Positions 1 through 14,644 of a DNA stretch of 64,000 nucleotides are shown here, piece after piece. The DNA is taken from contig OZ024746.1 in the NCBI GenBank assembly GCA_964016885.1, forward strand, positions 72,540,001 through 72,604,000, given 5' to 3'. The stretch comes from Eledone cirrhosa (taxonomy: Eukaryota). Each line of letters opens with the position of its first letter. The stretch's first letter is position 1. A model generated the notes under the pieces. The model was not told the DNA's origin, did no database searches, and worked only from the letters and a program-made list of their open reading frames with translations. The translations under genes were made by a program, and so were the position numbers.

Positions 1-17
1 ACACACACACACACACA

Positions 18-62
<45 letters not shown>

Positions 63-72
63 ACACTGCACA

Positions 73-106
<34 letters not shown>

Positions 107-245
107 GGTCATAACAGTTAATAACATAGTCTCCGGAGGTTGAAAAATCATTCCTCCTTTTGGATTACTGATTTACCAAATATACTGATTAACATTCAGC
201 TTCTATAATCTTTACCAGGACATATATTGATAAACTCCAATATAA

Positions 246-308
<63 letters not shown>

Positions 309-311
<3 letters not shown>

Positions 312-607
312 AGTAAGTAAGACCCCGACGGCTGAGCTCAAGCCGTTTCGACGGCTAATTCTGTACTGAATGAAAAATCAGTTCTGGTATTTAAATAGCC
401 GAACTTGTCAAGGGGCAATTCCATATATGGTCAAAGAGATAATCACCAGGATTGGTCATCCCACAAGGTAGTAGTAATTCTGCGATGGCAAGTTGGTGGG
501 GGAGGTAGCCAAACCTCTTACTTACTCCTATTACCCACTCTACTACCCTAAGTATTGAGTACTTTGGTGCGTTATGGTCCACCTGGTTCCTTACCACTTT
601 TCATTCG

Positions 608-610
<3 letters not shown>
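309..610 (-). mobile_element. Small non-autonomous HHR-bearing element in (TA)n with short inverted arms
   Basis: (TA)n on both sides. aggagtaagtaaga (309-322) is inverted at 516-529. A partial relative lies at 30074-30112. Confidence 0.6.
322..416 (-). ncRNA. Type I hammerhead ribozyme, U3-A8 core variant
   Basis: Minus strand reads gcccc-TTGACAA-gttcggcta...tagccgtc-GAAA-cggct tgagctc agccg-TC-ggggt. All three stems form and the cleavage triplet is GUC. Confidence 0.75.
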
Positions 611-652
<42 letters not shown>

Positions 653-655
<3 letters not shown>

Positions 656-1117
656 AAAAAATGAAACGAAATTTCATTTCTCACTCTTAGTACGGCTGTT
701 ACTGAAATATAAGTATGTATACGTACATACATATATGTATACAGACGTACAGTAGTATGTATATATATATACATATATGCACACATATATATATGTACGT
801 ATGGATTTACCGAGCATTTATTATAATGCTCGGTTTGTTTGTAAACAAACATCCCGTATTAAGCCGTACAGTGTTTAGTAACCATCGTCACCCTTTGTTC
901 AACACTGACAAAGGAACGATGTACTAGTTTCAAGCTTATTAGCTATCGTCAGCACCGTATACCTTCCTGTCAGGTGATTGAACGTCTGAAAGTATATACT
1001 TTCCTTATGCATATTAACGGTTGAGCAGCCTAATTTGCATATCGAGTGAGTTAATCGGCCGGGCGCACCGAAAACGATAAGTGGAAAAAATAAAACGAAA
1101 TTTCATTTCTCACTCTT
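653..1117 (-). mobile_element. Retrozyme-like monomer (about 428 bp plus terminal direct repeat), family B
   Basis: tggaaaaaa..aaacgaaatttcatttctcactctt occurs at 653 and 1082. Contains an HHR, abuts (TA)n, and is homologous to 16974-17586. Confidence 0.75.
916..958 (-). ncRNA. Minimal type I hammerhead ribozyme, family B
   Basis: acggtg-CTGACGA-tagctaataagctt-GAAA-ctag-TA-catcgt, with palindromic stem III. Confidence 0.85.
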
Positions 1118-1624
1118 TCCCTGTCTCTCTCTCTCCTCTCTCCCTCTCTCTCTTTCTTTAGATGTGTGTGTGTAGTTTTCCTAATCTGTCTCTTTCACTC
1201 TCTGTCTCTCTAAGAGGGTTGCCTTTTGATGTATGTATTACCTGCTTGTGTGTTGACAGAATTTGAAGGAGGTTATCCTTTTGAAATAAACATACATACG
1301 ACGCTCATCTCTATGTTGATATATTGAAGTAGATACGGAAAGTAAAAGAATGTTGTCATAGAGAGAGTGAAGAGAGACAGAGAGTAAAGCAGTTAAATTA
1401 TAGAGAGGGTGAAAGAGGGAGAGAGAGAGACGACGCTCAGCTTTATAATATTTGAGAGTGAGGAGCGACAGAGAGAGTAAAGCAGTTAAATTATAGAGAG
1501 GGGCAATGATCTATTATAGAGAGAGGGAAGAGCGACGGAGAGAGTAAAGCTAAGAAACTATAGGGAGGTGTGTAGGATACATACATAATACATATATACA
1601 ACGCTCAGCTTTATAATATTATAG

Positions 1625-2303
1625 ATATATGTGTGTAGCACGTGCGTGTATGTATGCGTATATGTATATGTATGTGTGTGTGTAAGTGTATATATGCGTG
1701 TGTATGTATGTATGTATGTGTGAGTATGTATGTGTATGTATGTGTGAGTACGTATGTGTGTGTGTGTATATATGTGTGAGTATGTATGTGTGTGTATGTA
1801 TGTGTGAGTATATATGTGTGTGTATGTGTATATATATGTGTGAGTATGTATGTGTGTATGTATATATGTGTGAGTATGTATGTGTGTGTATGTATATATG
1901 TGTGAGTATGTGTGTATGTGTATGTATATATGTGTGAGTATGTGTGTGTATGTGTGAGTATGCATCTGTGTGTATGTATATATATGTGAGTATGCATGTG
2001 TGTATGTATATATGTGTGAGTATGTGTGTATGAGTATGTATGTGTGAGTATGTATGTGTGTGTGTAGGTATATATGTATATATGTATATTATATTCAGAC
2101 ACGCATATAAATAAACATGAGAAAACCAGAATGAAATAATTAAAACTAAATCATTATTACATACTCAGTAATGCAATAATACATTCGTTTGTATATGTAT
2201 ATGTGTGCCTGTGTGTGTGTGTGTAGGTATAATGAGTTAGAATAGGAGAAAGATATATATATATATATATGTGTATGTGTGTATGTGTGTATATATATAT
2301 ATA

Positions 2304-2356
<53 letters not shown>

Positions 2357-2456
2357 CTGCATGTGTGTGTGTGTGTGTGTACGTGCGTGTCTGCATGTGT
2401 GTGTACATATATATATATATATATTAGTTTGTGTGCGTGTCTGCATGTGTGTATAC

Positions 2457-2491
<35 letters not shown>

Positions 2492-2495
2492 CATG

Positions 2496-2552
<57 letters not shown>

Positions 2553-2580
2553 GTAAGTATAATGAGTTAGAATAGGAGGA

Positions 2581-2640
<60 letters not shown>

Positions 2641-2949
2641 ATTTACACATGTGTGGGTGTATACTTATATGTCTGTAGATCGATAGATTCGGTGAGATGA
2701 TTTGAATGAATGGAAGAGGGAGAGAATGAGTGTGTGAATGATTGGGGAGGAAGTAAGGGAGGAAGGGAGAAAGGAAGGAGGAGGGGGATGAAAGCGTTAG
2801 TGAATGAGGGAAAAGAAGAACGACGGAACAGAGTGCAGACTAGTCTGAAAAATTGTCTTTAAATAATAATCTACAATTAATTCGAACTGTGATCGATAAA
2901 AAGGAAGGATAAAAATCAACTCAAATCGTTGTAATCATATCATTAGTAA

Positions 2950-3012
<63 letters not shown>

Positions 3013-3438
3013 CAGTAGTGGTGTTGGTGATGCTGGTGGTGGTGGTGGTGATGCTATTGTTTTATTGTTGTTGTTCTTGTTATAGATCTTCTTATCACTT
3101 CCGCTGTTGCTGCTGTTGCTTCTTCTTCTTCTTCTTCTTCTTCTTCTTCTTCTTCTTCTTCTTCTTCTTCTTCTTCTTCTTCTTCTTCTTCTGGCTGCAG
3201 TTTATGCTATTGTAGACAATGTTGTTGCTGTTATTGTTGTTATTGTTGTTATAGTTGTTATTTTGACTGTTGTTGTCGTTTTTTCTTATTACTATTGTTT
3301 TAACGGTAGTTGTTATTGTTGTTGTTATTGTTGGCGTTGTTAGTGTTGTTGCTGTTGCTGCTGCTGTTGTTGTTATGGTTCATAGTTCCATAATTATTGA
3401 TTTGTTTACGCCAATGGAAAGCCGTTCGTTTCCTTTAA

Positions 3439-3505
<67 letters not shown>

Positions 3506-3510
3506 AAACA
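1625..3510. repeat. Compound microsatellite block ((TG)n, (TA)n, (TAG)n, (CTT)n, (TAAA)n), representative of dozens of tracts in the window
   Basis: Direct observation. Confidence 0.9.
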
Positions 3511-5442
3511 AATAAATATAAATATAAAATAAAAACAAAGCTTTGAAACAAAAGATAAATAAATGTAAAAACACAAAAGAAAAAAAATTAAACCTAAAAC
3601 AAGAATAGCACAAAATGCACAAAACACACAAAACACTAAATTTTAAACTGAAAACTTAGAAAATGCAAGGAATCGATATGGCAGCGTCTCTATAATTTAG
3701 CATCCAGCGATCATTGTATGTAATGGAGTCGACATCTTGGTTTCTACTTTCACTTTCTCTTTTTTTTTTTATTACACTCCATGTTGCCCCCCCCCCCCTC
3801 CCGCCCCCCTTCACCAAGATATTTAAATACTGCATCACTCGTTATCCATCGTTATCCATCCATTCAACCAACCATTCAGTCAACCATCCATTTAAGCAGC
3901 CATCCATCTAACCATCTATTCATCCAGCCCTCCATTCATCCAACCATCCTCTTTTATATTCCGGGTTCTTCTTCTTCTTCTTCTTCTTCTTCTTCTTCTT
4001 CTTCTTCTTCTTCTTCTTCTTCTTCTTCGTCTTTTTTGTCTTCTTCGTCTTTTTTTTTTTGTATTATTATCATTTGGCAGAATTGGTAGGCACCAGAATA
4101 TGTGTTCCCGCCCTTTTACGATCTGAATTCAAATCTCCTACCGACATCAACTTTGACTTTCATCTTTCACCAAGTCAACGATGATTAAATTTATCTGATA
4201 TTTGGTATTTTTGTTATTTTATCTAGAAGTTTTATCTTTGGTAGATTCTCCATTGACCCATAGGCATACCTATCGATTTTAACTCTAACAATTTCTACCT
4301 TTAGATTGTGTCATATTCAGAATTTTGTGGATACAGCATAGTCTAATGTTTAAGAAATTCGCTCTAATAAATTGATCCCGCGTTTGTTCTTACTGTATGG
4401 TATCATGGATAAGTGTTATTTACCAAAGCCTCGGGTCGACTCAAACGTTGTAAATAAAATTGGGTAGACAGGATTTTTTTTAAGTCCGTCGGATGAGCTA
4501 TATATGTAATTCAAAGGTCTAGCTTTGTTACATACTGTGTCACGCTGAATCTCCCTGCGTATTACGTTATGGTTGCACGTATCTGTGGAATATTCAGTCA
4601 CTTGCAAGTCATTTCACGAACAGGTTGTTCTGTTGATCTAAGAACTGGGACACTCATCGTTGGGATTGGTGGATGTACATTTCATTCAGAATAGTCGTCT
4701 TTATAATTTTCTATTTTCAAATGTTTTATGTTTACTTGTATTCATATTTTTGTTCGTATAATTTTATTAGTCAGTTTTCTGTTGATATTCTAAGGTTTAA
4801 TGTTATTATTGACTTTGTTTTGTTTGTGCTAGATCTGTTGTCGTATTTTACCTTCTCAGAGCCTATAATTTTAGAGTTTTTATTCTTGTTTATTTGTTGT
4901 TTAAGTGTTTGTTATGTATTCATTTTATGGGGTGGGGTATAGTATTTTTTTCGTGTCTGTTATTGTTTTCTTTTTGGATAATGTATCTTCTTAAATTCGA
5001 TATTGTTTTGGGCTGGATAATGTATCTTCTTAAATTTACTAATCTGTTAGGATCCATAGTTATACGTACTATACGTACTTGCTGCGGCAGTCTCGCTTAA
5101 TGGTGTACATTAGTAGAATATAGCTGCGAAATATATCTGTAGTATGGAAACTCATTCCTCTAGTATCCATAATGTTCTTTTCTGTTATATTTGTAGAAGA
5201 TGAGGAGCAATGTCTGGCCCTTTCCCGATATCGGTGATTAGTACGAACATTTTACAAGACATTACTTATTTACATAAGGTAACAAAATCAATATCTCACT
5301 AAAAAGATATCTTTTAACGTTTTTATTTATTTTTCGATTTTCTTGGTCCTTGTTGCATTAATTTAAAATGATATGTTGTAACGATGTCTATTGTTATACA
5401 CCCCCAACGAAGCTTCTTTATTATTATTATTGTTGTTGATAG

Positions 5443-5635
5443 GGCGATGGATTGGCAGTATCGGTAGAGGGTCGGACGCCATGCTTTGCAGCAAAGAGTT
5501 ACGGCCCGTTATGCTCTGAGTTAAAATCCCGCCGAAGTTAACTTTGCCTTTCATGCTTACGGGGTCGATAAAATAAAGTACCAGTAATACACTGGGATAA
5601 TTGCTGGCCTTGTGCCAAAAGTAGAAATAATTATT
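5443..5635 (+). mobile_element. tRNA-derived SINE family 1 (about 190 bp, Nin/Deu-like core)
   Basis: A-box-like tggcagtatcgg, B-box-like gagttaaaatcc, core gcctttcat..ggggtcgataaaataaagtaccag, (ATT)n tail. Confidence 0.8.
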
Positions 5636-6257
5636 ATTGTTGTTGTTGTTGTTGTTGTCATCTTTATCGCTGTGGGTTTGAAAAATACATTAAAAGTTTC
5701 TTTTCTTAAAATACCTTGGGAAACATACACAAGAGTGTTAGAGGTTAACACAACAGTGTTGTGTGAAAATGACTTGTTAATGTTTTCTGTAACATTAACC
5801 CCAACACTCTTGTGTTAAGCCGAACACTCTTCTACGTGTTTTCGAAGGTATATCTGATTCGTATTTTAAGAAAATACATTTTTAATGTATCTTTTAAACC
5901 CAGGGCAATAAAGATGCTAACAACAGTAACAACAACAATTTCTAGAAAACAGAACCAATCAATCTCACACAAGATGGACGCATAGCCGGATGGTTGAGAA
6001 TTTCACTCCACAATCATTAGGACCCGAGTTCGATCCTTCTGCATGGCATATTTGGCAAATGCCATTTACTATAGCCACGACTCGATCCATGCCTTGTTGG
6101 TGTAATTGGGGAAACAGAAACTGTTTGGAATTAACATGAGTAGTCTGATAGACTACTCATGTTAATTTCATGAACAGGCTGTTCCGTTGATCGGACAACC
6201 GGTACACTCATCGTCGAAACCGACGGAATCCCATATATATATATATATATATATAAA

Positions 6258-6344
<87 letters not shown>

Positions 6345-7420
6345 GAGAGAGAGAGAGAGAGAATAGTCGGCGAATTGGCAGAGTCGAGTTCAAATCCTGC
6401 CGGGGTCAACTTTACCTTTCATCCTTTCGAGGTCGATAAGAAACCACCAGTCCAGTATTGGGGTCGATTCTTCCTCTATAGAAAAAATTGGCTGTGTTCA
6501 GACCCGGAGAGGGTTGGGCTCTGCCAGGTTTAAATGTGCCCTAGGCGGTGCCTCTGCGACTCCATAAGGAGTTATGGGATCGTTATCCCTTTTATATATA
6601 TATATATATGTGTGGGTGTGTGTGTGTGCGTGGAGAGAGAAAGAGAGAGGGAGGGAGCGCGACCCCTTTCAAAACCTCTCTTATATCTAAGTAACATTCT
6701 GACTAAACACAGACATGCTTTTTCTCCAAAAAATTGTTTTCAGTCTCTTATTACTTTTATCTATCTTTCTATTTCTTTTTTATCTTTCATTCTGTCTACT
6801 AATGAAGGACTAACGCACGAAACGATAAGATTCTTTTCCAAATATATCAAGCGTAAACTAATATATATCTTCATTGTACAGTAATGTTTCTCTGTGTCGG
6901 TTATTGCTTTACTTTTCGCATATATATAGAATCTCTGTGTCAGTCGGTCTCTGTGTGTACGTGTGTATATCTGTGTATCTGTGGACGTGTCGCTTGTGTG
7001 AGTGTGTGTAGTATATATCAGCATATAAGAAATGAAATCAGTTATGTTCTTTTACCTCCTCTCTCCTCCACCTTTATTACTGGACTATTTCTGTATTGAT
7101 TATGATTAAGTGTAAAACAAGACAAATCATTGAAACTACATATTGGTATATATTCCTTCAGTCTCTAACTTACATACACACAAGAAAGATTTCACCCAAT
7201 TTTAACCTAAAATATAACGGATGGAAAGAAACTAAGTGCTCTCTCTCTCCCCTCTCTCTCTTTCTCTGTATATACATATATATATCCTTCTCTCTCACTC
7301 ACTTTCTCTCTCACTCTTTGTCTCTATGTATATATTATATATATATATTAGGTCGTCAAGTATGAAATTTGTAGAAATTTGTAGAAAATAAATAATTTTC
7401 TACAAATTTCATACTTGACG

Positions 7421-7495
<75 letters not shown>

Positions 7496-7544
7496 ATGTG
7501 TGTGCAGGTGTATATATATATGTGTGTGAGTGTGTGTGCAGGTG

Positions 7545-7606
<62 letters not shown>

Positions 7607-7955
7607 CGTGTATGTGCGCGCGCGTATATATATATATAGTGAAGTGGGTATTTAAAATGGCATTGTACTCAAAACATTTCAACATTAACTGAATAAGCAC
7701 TCAATAGATATTTTTTACTTGTCAATTTTCCCATCAGAAAAATGTGTGTGTATGTGTGCGTGTGGGTGCATATATATTCATTTGTGTGTGTGTGTAATAG
7801 AAAAATTGCCTACTAAGGCTAAAGATCTCCTTCTGGTCCTGAAGGACGGTTTATCTCGCACCAGGCACCAGTCCGGTATTTCCATGACCGCGGGACATAT
7901 ATAAATCATATACATATATACGTACACCTTCACGTGCACACATATATACCCATAG

Positions 7956-7992
<37 letters not shown>

Positions 7993-8010
7993 TGTTATAC
8001 ACAATGTAGA

Positions 8011-8408
8011 TACGAGGGTAATCCCAAAAGTAAGGTCTCCAAAGCGATGGGGACGCAGAGAAACTGTTCGTACGGCTATTGGCAACACTGTTGTGATTGG
8101 TGCTTCCTTCACTCCCAAACAAGCATGCGCGCGCTTCGTTGGGATGCTCAATCTTGGCTTGGCATCCGTTAAGAATGGAGCTCCCATTGAACGCTATCGC
8201 CAAGTGCGAATTTCGCGCAGTTATTATATACGAGGGCAATCCCAAAAGTCAGGTCTCCTTCCGAGGAAAACATGCGTAACGATCGGCGGATCACTCTGGA
8301 TGCTCTCTGCATTTTGGTTCCTGAGGTTTCCCGAAGCACCATCCACAGGATTTTAACGGAAAAGTTGCAATATCGGAAGGAGACCTTACTTTTTGGATTG
8401 CCCTCGTA
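8011..8408 (+). mobile_element. Rearranged mariner-derived MITE
   Basis: TIR tacgagggyaatcccaaaagtmaggtctcc at 8011 and 8229, inverse ggagaccttactttttggattgccctcgta at 8379-8408. Transposase remnants MELPLNAIAKCEFRAVI and DRRITLDAL..SRSTIHRILTEKLQYRK. Confidence 0.8.
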
Positions 8409-8538
8409 TATATGTACAAACTTTTGGGTGGCCGTTGACTCTTATGAGTACCTGCGCTCTTTGACGGGTCTTGTTAAGCAACGAGACATTCCTCCTCCAA
8501 CACTCATTATAATATTCTTCGGCCTACTTTTTATTTGT

Positions 8539-8815
8539 GGAGGCACGTCGCCTAGTGGTAAGGGTGTTGGACTTACGATCATAAGGTGGAGTGTTCGATT
8601 CCTGTGTTGTGTTCTTGAGCAAAACACTTCATTTCACGTTGCTCCAGTATACTCAGCTGAAAATGAGTACCAGCAATAGCTGGAGGTTTAACCCTGCGAT
8701 GAACTGGCGTCCTGTCCAGGGGGAGTTTTGTACTCTCAGTCGCTTCACGACATGAAACCGGGATAAACACCGGTCAAATGAGCCTTCTGGCTTAAGACAG
8801 ACTTTAGACTCTTTA
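8539..8815 (+). mobile_element. tRNA-derived SINE family 2 (Meta/V-domain-like)
   Basis: A/B boxes, gtgttcttgagcaaaacacttcatttcacgttgctccag and cctgcgatgaactggcgtcctgtccagggg. Relatives lie near 14044-14160, 23500-23620, 48225-48345 and 46370-46400 (minus). Confidence 0.7.
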
Positions 8816-9093
8816 CTTATGCATTTCATGACTGTAATTGATGCATAAATCTAAGTTTCTGAACACCTGGGCAAGTTTTTTTAATTTAAGATCTAATAAT
8901 GGTTTCTGATTTACCACAAGGCCAGACAATTGGGGGAGGGGAAAATCGATTAAATCGACCTCAGTGCGTGACTGGTACTTTATTTTATCGACTCCGTATG
9001 GATGAAAGCTATTTACACGTTAATTTCACGAGCAGGCTGTTCTGTTGGTCGAACAACTGGAACGCTCATCGTTGAAACCGATGGAGGTCCATT

Positions 9094-9135
<42 letters not shown>

Positions 9136-9330
9136 CCTGATTAGTTGTTTCGTTGTTCTGGTATTGTATGGCTGGGTTTTGCCTGCCGCAATTTTCAATT
9201 TGTCAAGCTATCTAAACGTATGTTATTACTCTAAGGACCTACCCTTATTGAGTGCTTTGCTACTCATTCCTAACTGTAGGTCGCTTTTGCTTGGCCACAG
9301 CCAAAGTTTCGATTTTACTAAGCTTCCACT

Positions 9331-9369
<39 letters not shown>

Positions 9370-9554
9370 CACACAGAATACCAACAACTACCGCAAACAA
9401 TATAATACCCACATTGAATACCAACTTCCACCATAAACCAGGGGCGGTGGGACTGGAGGGAGGCCATTCCCCTGCCCCCATAATTATAATTTTATCCCCA
9501 AAATACCAAAACACACATCTGTTTTATATGCGCTACAAATTATGTACATGTTAT

Positions 9555-10265
9555 GTAGAGGTAGATGGGAGAGATAGATATAGATATAGAGAGGGGGGAG
9601 AGTTACGTGGTAATTGATATAGAGAGGAAGGTTTAGAGAGTGTGTTTTATATTAGATACAGAGAGGAGGAGAGATTGATGTTTATTGATGTAGAGAGGCG
9701 GAATGGAAAACAATTCCATGTAGTAGATATAGAGAGGGGGAGAATTTGGTGTTAATTGATATAGGGAGGGGGTTTGGGAGGAGAGAGTTCCGTGAGGTAG
9801 ATATAGAAAGGGGGAGAGTTTGGTGGTAATAAATAGAGTGAGAGGATAGATTGAGGCTGATATTGATAAATATAGAGAAAGGGAGAGTTTGGCAGTGATG
9901 GATAGAGTGAAAGGGAATGAGAGTGTTGTATGGTAGATATAGAGAGGGGCGTTGGGAGAGTGTGTTGTATATTGGATATAGAGAGGCGGAGAGATTGATG
10001 TTTATTGATATAGAGAGGGGTATTCGAAGAGAGTTCCGTGTAGTAGATATAGGGAGGAGGGGAAGAGTTTGGTGGTAATTAATATAGAGGGGGATTGGAA
10101 GTGAGTTCCGTGTAGGGAGAGTAAGAGTTTGGTAGTGATGGTTAGAGTGAGATGGAATGAGAGAGAGTGTTGTATTCTAGATATAGAGAGGGGGATAGTT
10201 TGGTGGTAATTGATATAATGAGGGATAGGAGAGTGTGTTGTATATTTAATATATAGAGGGGGAGA
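9555..10265 (+). repeat. Degenerate purine-rich minisatellite
   Basis: Recurring gtagatatagagagggg / gagtttggtggtaattgatata motifs. A similar low-complexity tract lies at 1350-1620. Confidence 0.65.
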
Positions 10266-10480
10266 CCTGAGATTACGTGAATTATTGACGGACGTAAGAA
10301 TGAAAACTCAATATCGAAGTAGAGTTTAAATATACATGTATAATGGCTAAGTGATTAGTCTTGTTACTCTGGAGTTTCACCTGTGTACTTATAGGATCAC
10401 CAGACATGACTGGTGATCCTGTGAATGCTCAGGCGAAACACTTTAGTGTAACACTGCTCACCAATAGCCATAATAAATCA

Positions 10481-10528
<48 letters not shown>

Positions 10529-10622
10529 AAACAAAGAATCACTGTTGAATCGTATACATATTTAAGTACACATTACATAAGTTTCACTGTCAATTAGCTA
10601 GAGGAAGCTCCTCAGATATGTG

Positions 10623-10710
<88 letters not shown>

Positions 10711-10741
10711 CATATATATATATACATATATATATATATAC

Positions 10742-11886
<1,145 letters not shown>

Positions 11887-11889
<3 letters not shown>

Positions 11890-12117
11890 GGGAGGTGGAA
11901 CTGAGTGGGGAGGGACATGCTCCCCCGACCTAATAATTGTATTTTCTTCCCAAACTACCAAAACACATCTATTTGGATATGCGCTACAATTTATGTATAT
12001 GTTATGTTTATCGCATATCAAAGTTTCCTGACCATTTTAGAGTGCAAAAGGTTAATCACTATAACTAAATTGACCGAATTTGACACCCCTAATTCAGAAA
12101 TGCTTCCACCGTCCCTG
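11887..12117. mobile_element. MITE with CAGGGG..GGTGGAA TIRs (hAT-like)
   Basis: cagggggaggtggaa ... ttccaccgtccctg. A truncated relative lies at 9439-9556. Confidence 0.6.
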
Positions 12118-12521
12118 TCAGCAACACAACACCCACATAGAAACTCAGCTCCCATCACAAACAACACGCCACCCACATAGAAAACCAACTCCCACCACAA
12201 TAACACAGTACTCACCACATAGGAAGCCAACTCCCACCACAATAACACAACACCTACGTGGAAAATCAACACTCACTACAAACATACTATATTAGATCAT
12301 TTCACATTTTACCAATATAAAAATCAGAAAATTAATAATAAGAACTAGAAATTAAATTAATCACAGGCATTCTAAATATTTATATAAATGGTTTTCGTTG
12401 TCTTGCTGAAAACAACAACAGCAGCAATGATTGTCTATAACCGACTCTCTACTATAACCTGCTAGAAATAGTTCCTTTTAACTACATCCTATCATTTACA
12501 AAGAAAAGGAATTACACATTT

Positions 12522-12710
12522 AATAATAATTTCTACTTTTGGCACAAGGCCAGCAATTATCCCAGTGCATTACTGGTGCTTTATTTTATCGACCCCGTAA
12601 GGATGAAAGGCAAAGTAAACCTCGGTGGGATTTGAACTCAGGCCGTAAAGGGCGTAATTCTATGCTGCAAAGCCTGGCTTCCAACCTTCTATCGATACTG
12701 CCAATCCACC
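12522..12710 (-). mobile_element. SINE family 1
   Basis: Reverse-complement match to the family consensus. Confidence 0.8.
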
Positions 12711-13568
12711 ATAATGAAATATTAAATATACTATAACAGAAAAAATATGGGACTATCAATGTTAGAATGTGTTGATCATCTTCGTCACTGCTAACCGGGG
12801 ACGTTCTGTTGTGTTAAGCCCCTCATTTGAGACATTGTCTGCAGGTATACTACTCCAGCAGCAACCTCGTAAAAGTCAGATCCAGTCTCTGTTTCCCAGC
12901 AACCTGAAGCTCTCAAGTTGAGGAAGTACCGGTCCCTCTCCGGTATATCGTCGAACGTGGGGCTAAAATGCAACACCAGCCACTACAACAACAACAATAG
13001 TAGCAGTAGCAGCCACGCTAACAACCTCGGCAAAACAGTAAGACTCCAAGCAGCGAAGTGGCAGAGTTGTTAGAGGAACTAATACATAGGCAGAAGATTA
13101 AGTTTCCATATTTCATTACGGAATAAAGTATGAAAATTTAAACGTCTGTCTTTGTATCAATTCCGGATGTTTATACTACATAAATAACTTACTATATAAA
13201 GATTCATACCATTATGAATTGGTACTATCTACGTTGAATGCTAATTATGGCTAACACTCGGATTAATTAATTATTTATTAAGGCTACTACAAAAAAAATC
13301 TCCCACCTGGATTAATTAACTCTTACACACAATGAAGATCAGCTGCTACAAACTCCAGTCATAAAACTACAATAAAACTGAAAGACAATAAATTAAGGTA
13401 GGTCGTGCTCCAGCATGATCGCATTAAAATAATAAAAGAATATATATGTGTGTGTGGGGGGGGGGGGGGGGTTGTGTGTGTTCCGAAGAGATTGTTTTGG
13501 TAAAAACAGGAGCAAGCAGAAGAAAGCTCTCAACATTCGTAGCTTGTAGTTACGATGGAGATTCAGTA

Positions 13569-13996
13569 TAATAATTGTTTCTATGTTTAGCACAAGGCCA
13601 GCAATTACCCCAGTGCATTACTGCTACTTTATTTTATCGACCCCGTAGGGATGAAAGGCAAAGTTAACCTCGGCGGAATTTGAACTCAGATCATAAAGGG
13701 GCGTAACTCTATGCTACAAAGCATGGCGTCTGACCTTCTACCGATACTGCCAAACATTAATAAAGATGCTGATGTTACATAAATCGTTTAACCCTCAGCA
13801 TCTTTATTGCGGTGGATTGGCAGTATCGGTAGAGAGTCGGACACCATGCATTGACGCATAGTTACGGCCCTTTCCATTCTGAGTTCAAATCCCGCCGAGG
13901 TCAACTTTGCCTTTCATCCTTACGGGGTCGATAAAATAAAGTACCAGTAATGTACTGGGTAATTGCTGGCCTTGTGCCAAAAGTAGAAACAATTAT

Positions 13997-13997
<1 letters not shown>
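13569..13997. mobile_element. Head-to-head pair of SINE family 1 copies (13569-13753 minus, 13810-13997 plus)
   Basis: Two consensus matches in opposite orientation with a self-complementary spacer. Confidence 0.8.
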
Positions 13998-14038
<41 letters not shown>

Positions 14039-14644
14039 AGTGAAGGCGTGTGGCTGAGTGGTTAGAGAATTGGATTCACAATCTTGAGGTTGTGAGTTCG
14101 ATTTCTGGACCGGGCGATGCGTTATGTCCTTGAGCAAGACACTTTATTTCACGTTGCTCCTTCTACCTGGAGTTGCGACCGATAGATAGTACTAGCAACT
14201 GGAAAGACCAACGGAAACATTGTTTCCTCGGTCCGATTTGACGAAAGTCGATCGATCCTTATATATAGAGAGAGAGGGGGGGACAGACAGAGAAACAGAG
14301 AGAGTGGGAAGATCAGGATTTTACCAGTTTTAAACTAGTAAGACCATTATTTAGCAGAGTTTTTGTCATATTCCTTTCAGTCGCCTCTCTGGTGACCTCA
14401 ATGTCTTGGTTGCGGCATCTGTCAAGGATTAAGAAAGCCATTGCGTGTTTTTCTTTTAGATTCATTTTAAATTCATAATATAATTGAAGCCGCGATCGCA
14501 TTCATAGTGACAATTATTTCTTCATTTGAGTCAAGACAGTTCTTGCTCTATGTTACATACTATTACTATTCACCCACCATTTTACCAATCAGTTTATCCA
14601 CCGTTCCTTAATATACCCACCATTTTACCCACCATGTATTTTTC

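Noticed and set aside
6793-6835. CTAATGA..GAAACGATA motif and its relative at 53830-53866
   Set aside because: The core is mutated in both copies, so these are at best decayed HHR remnants.
12780-13070. GC-richer unique island with a 61-aa minus-strand ORF
   Set aside because: No recognisable domain and plus-strand frames close quickly. It could be a non-coding exon but this cannot be supported.
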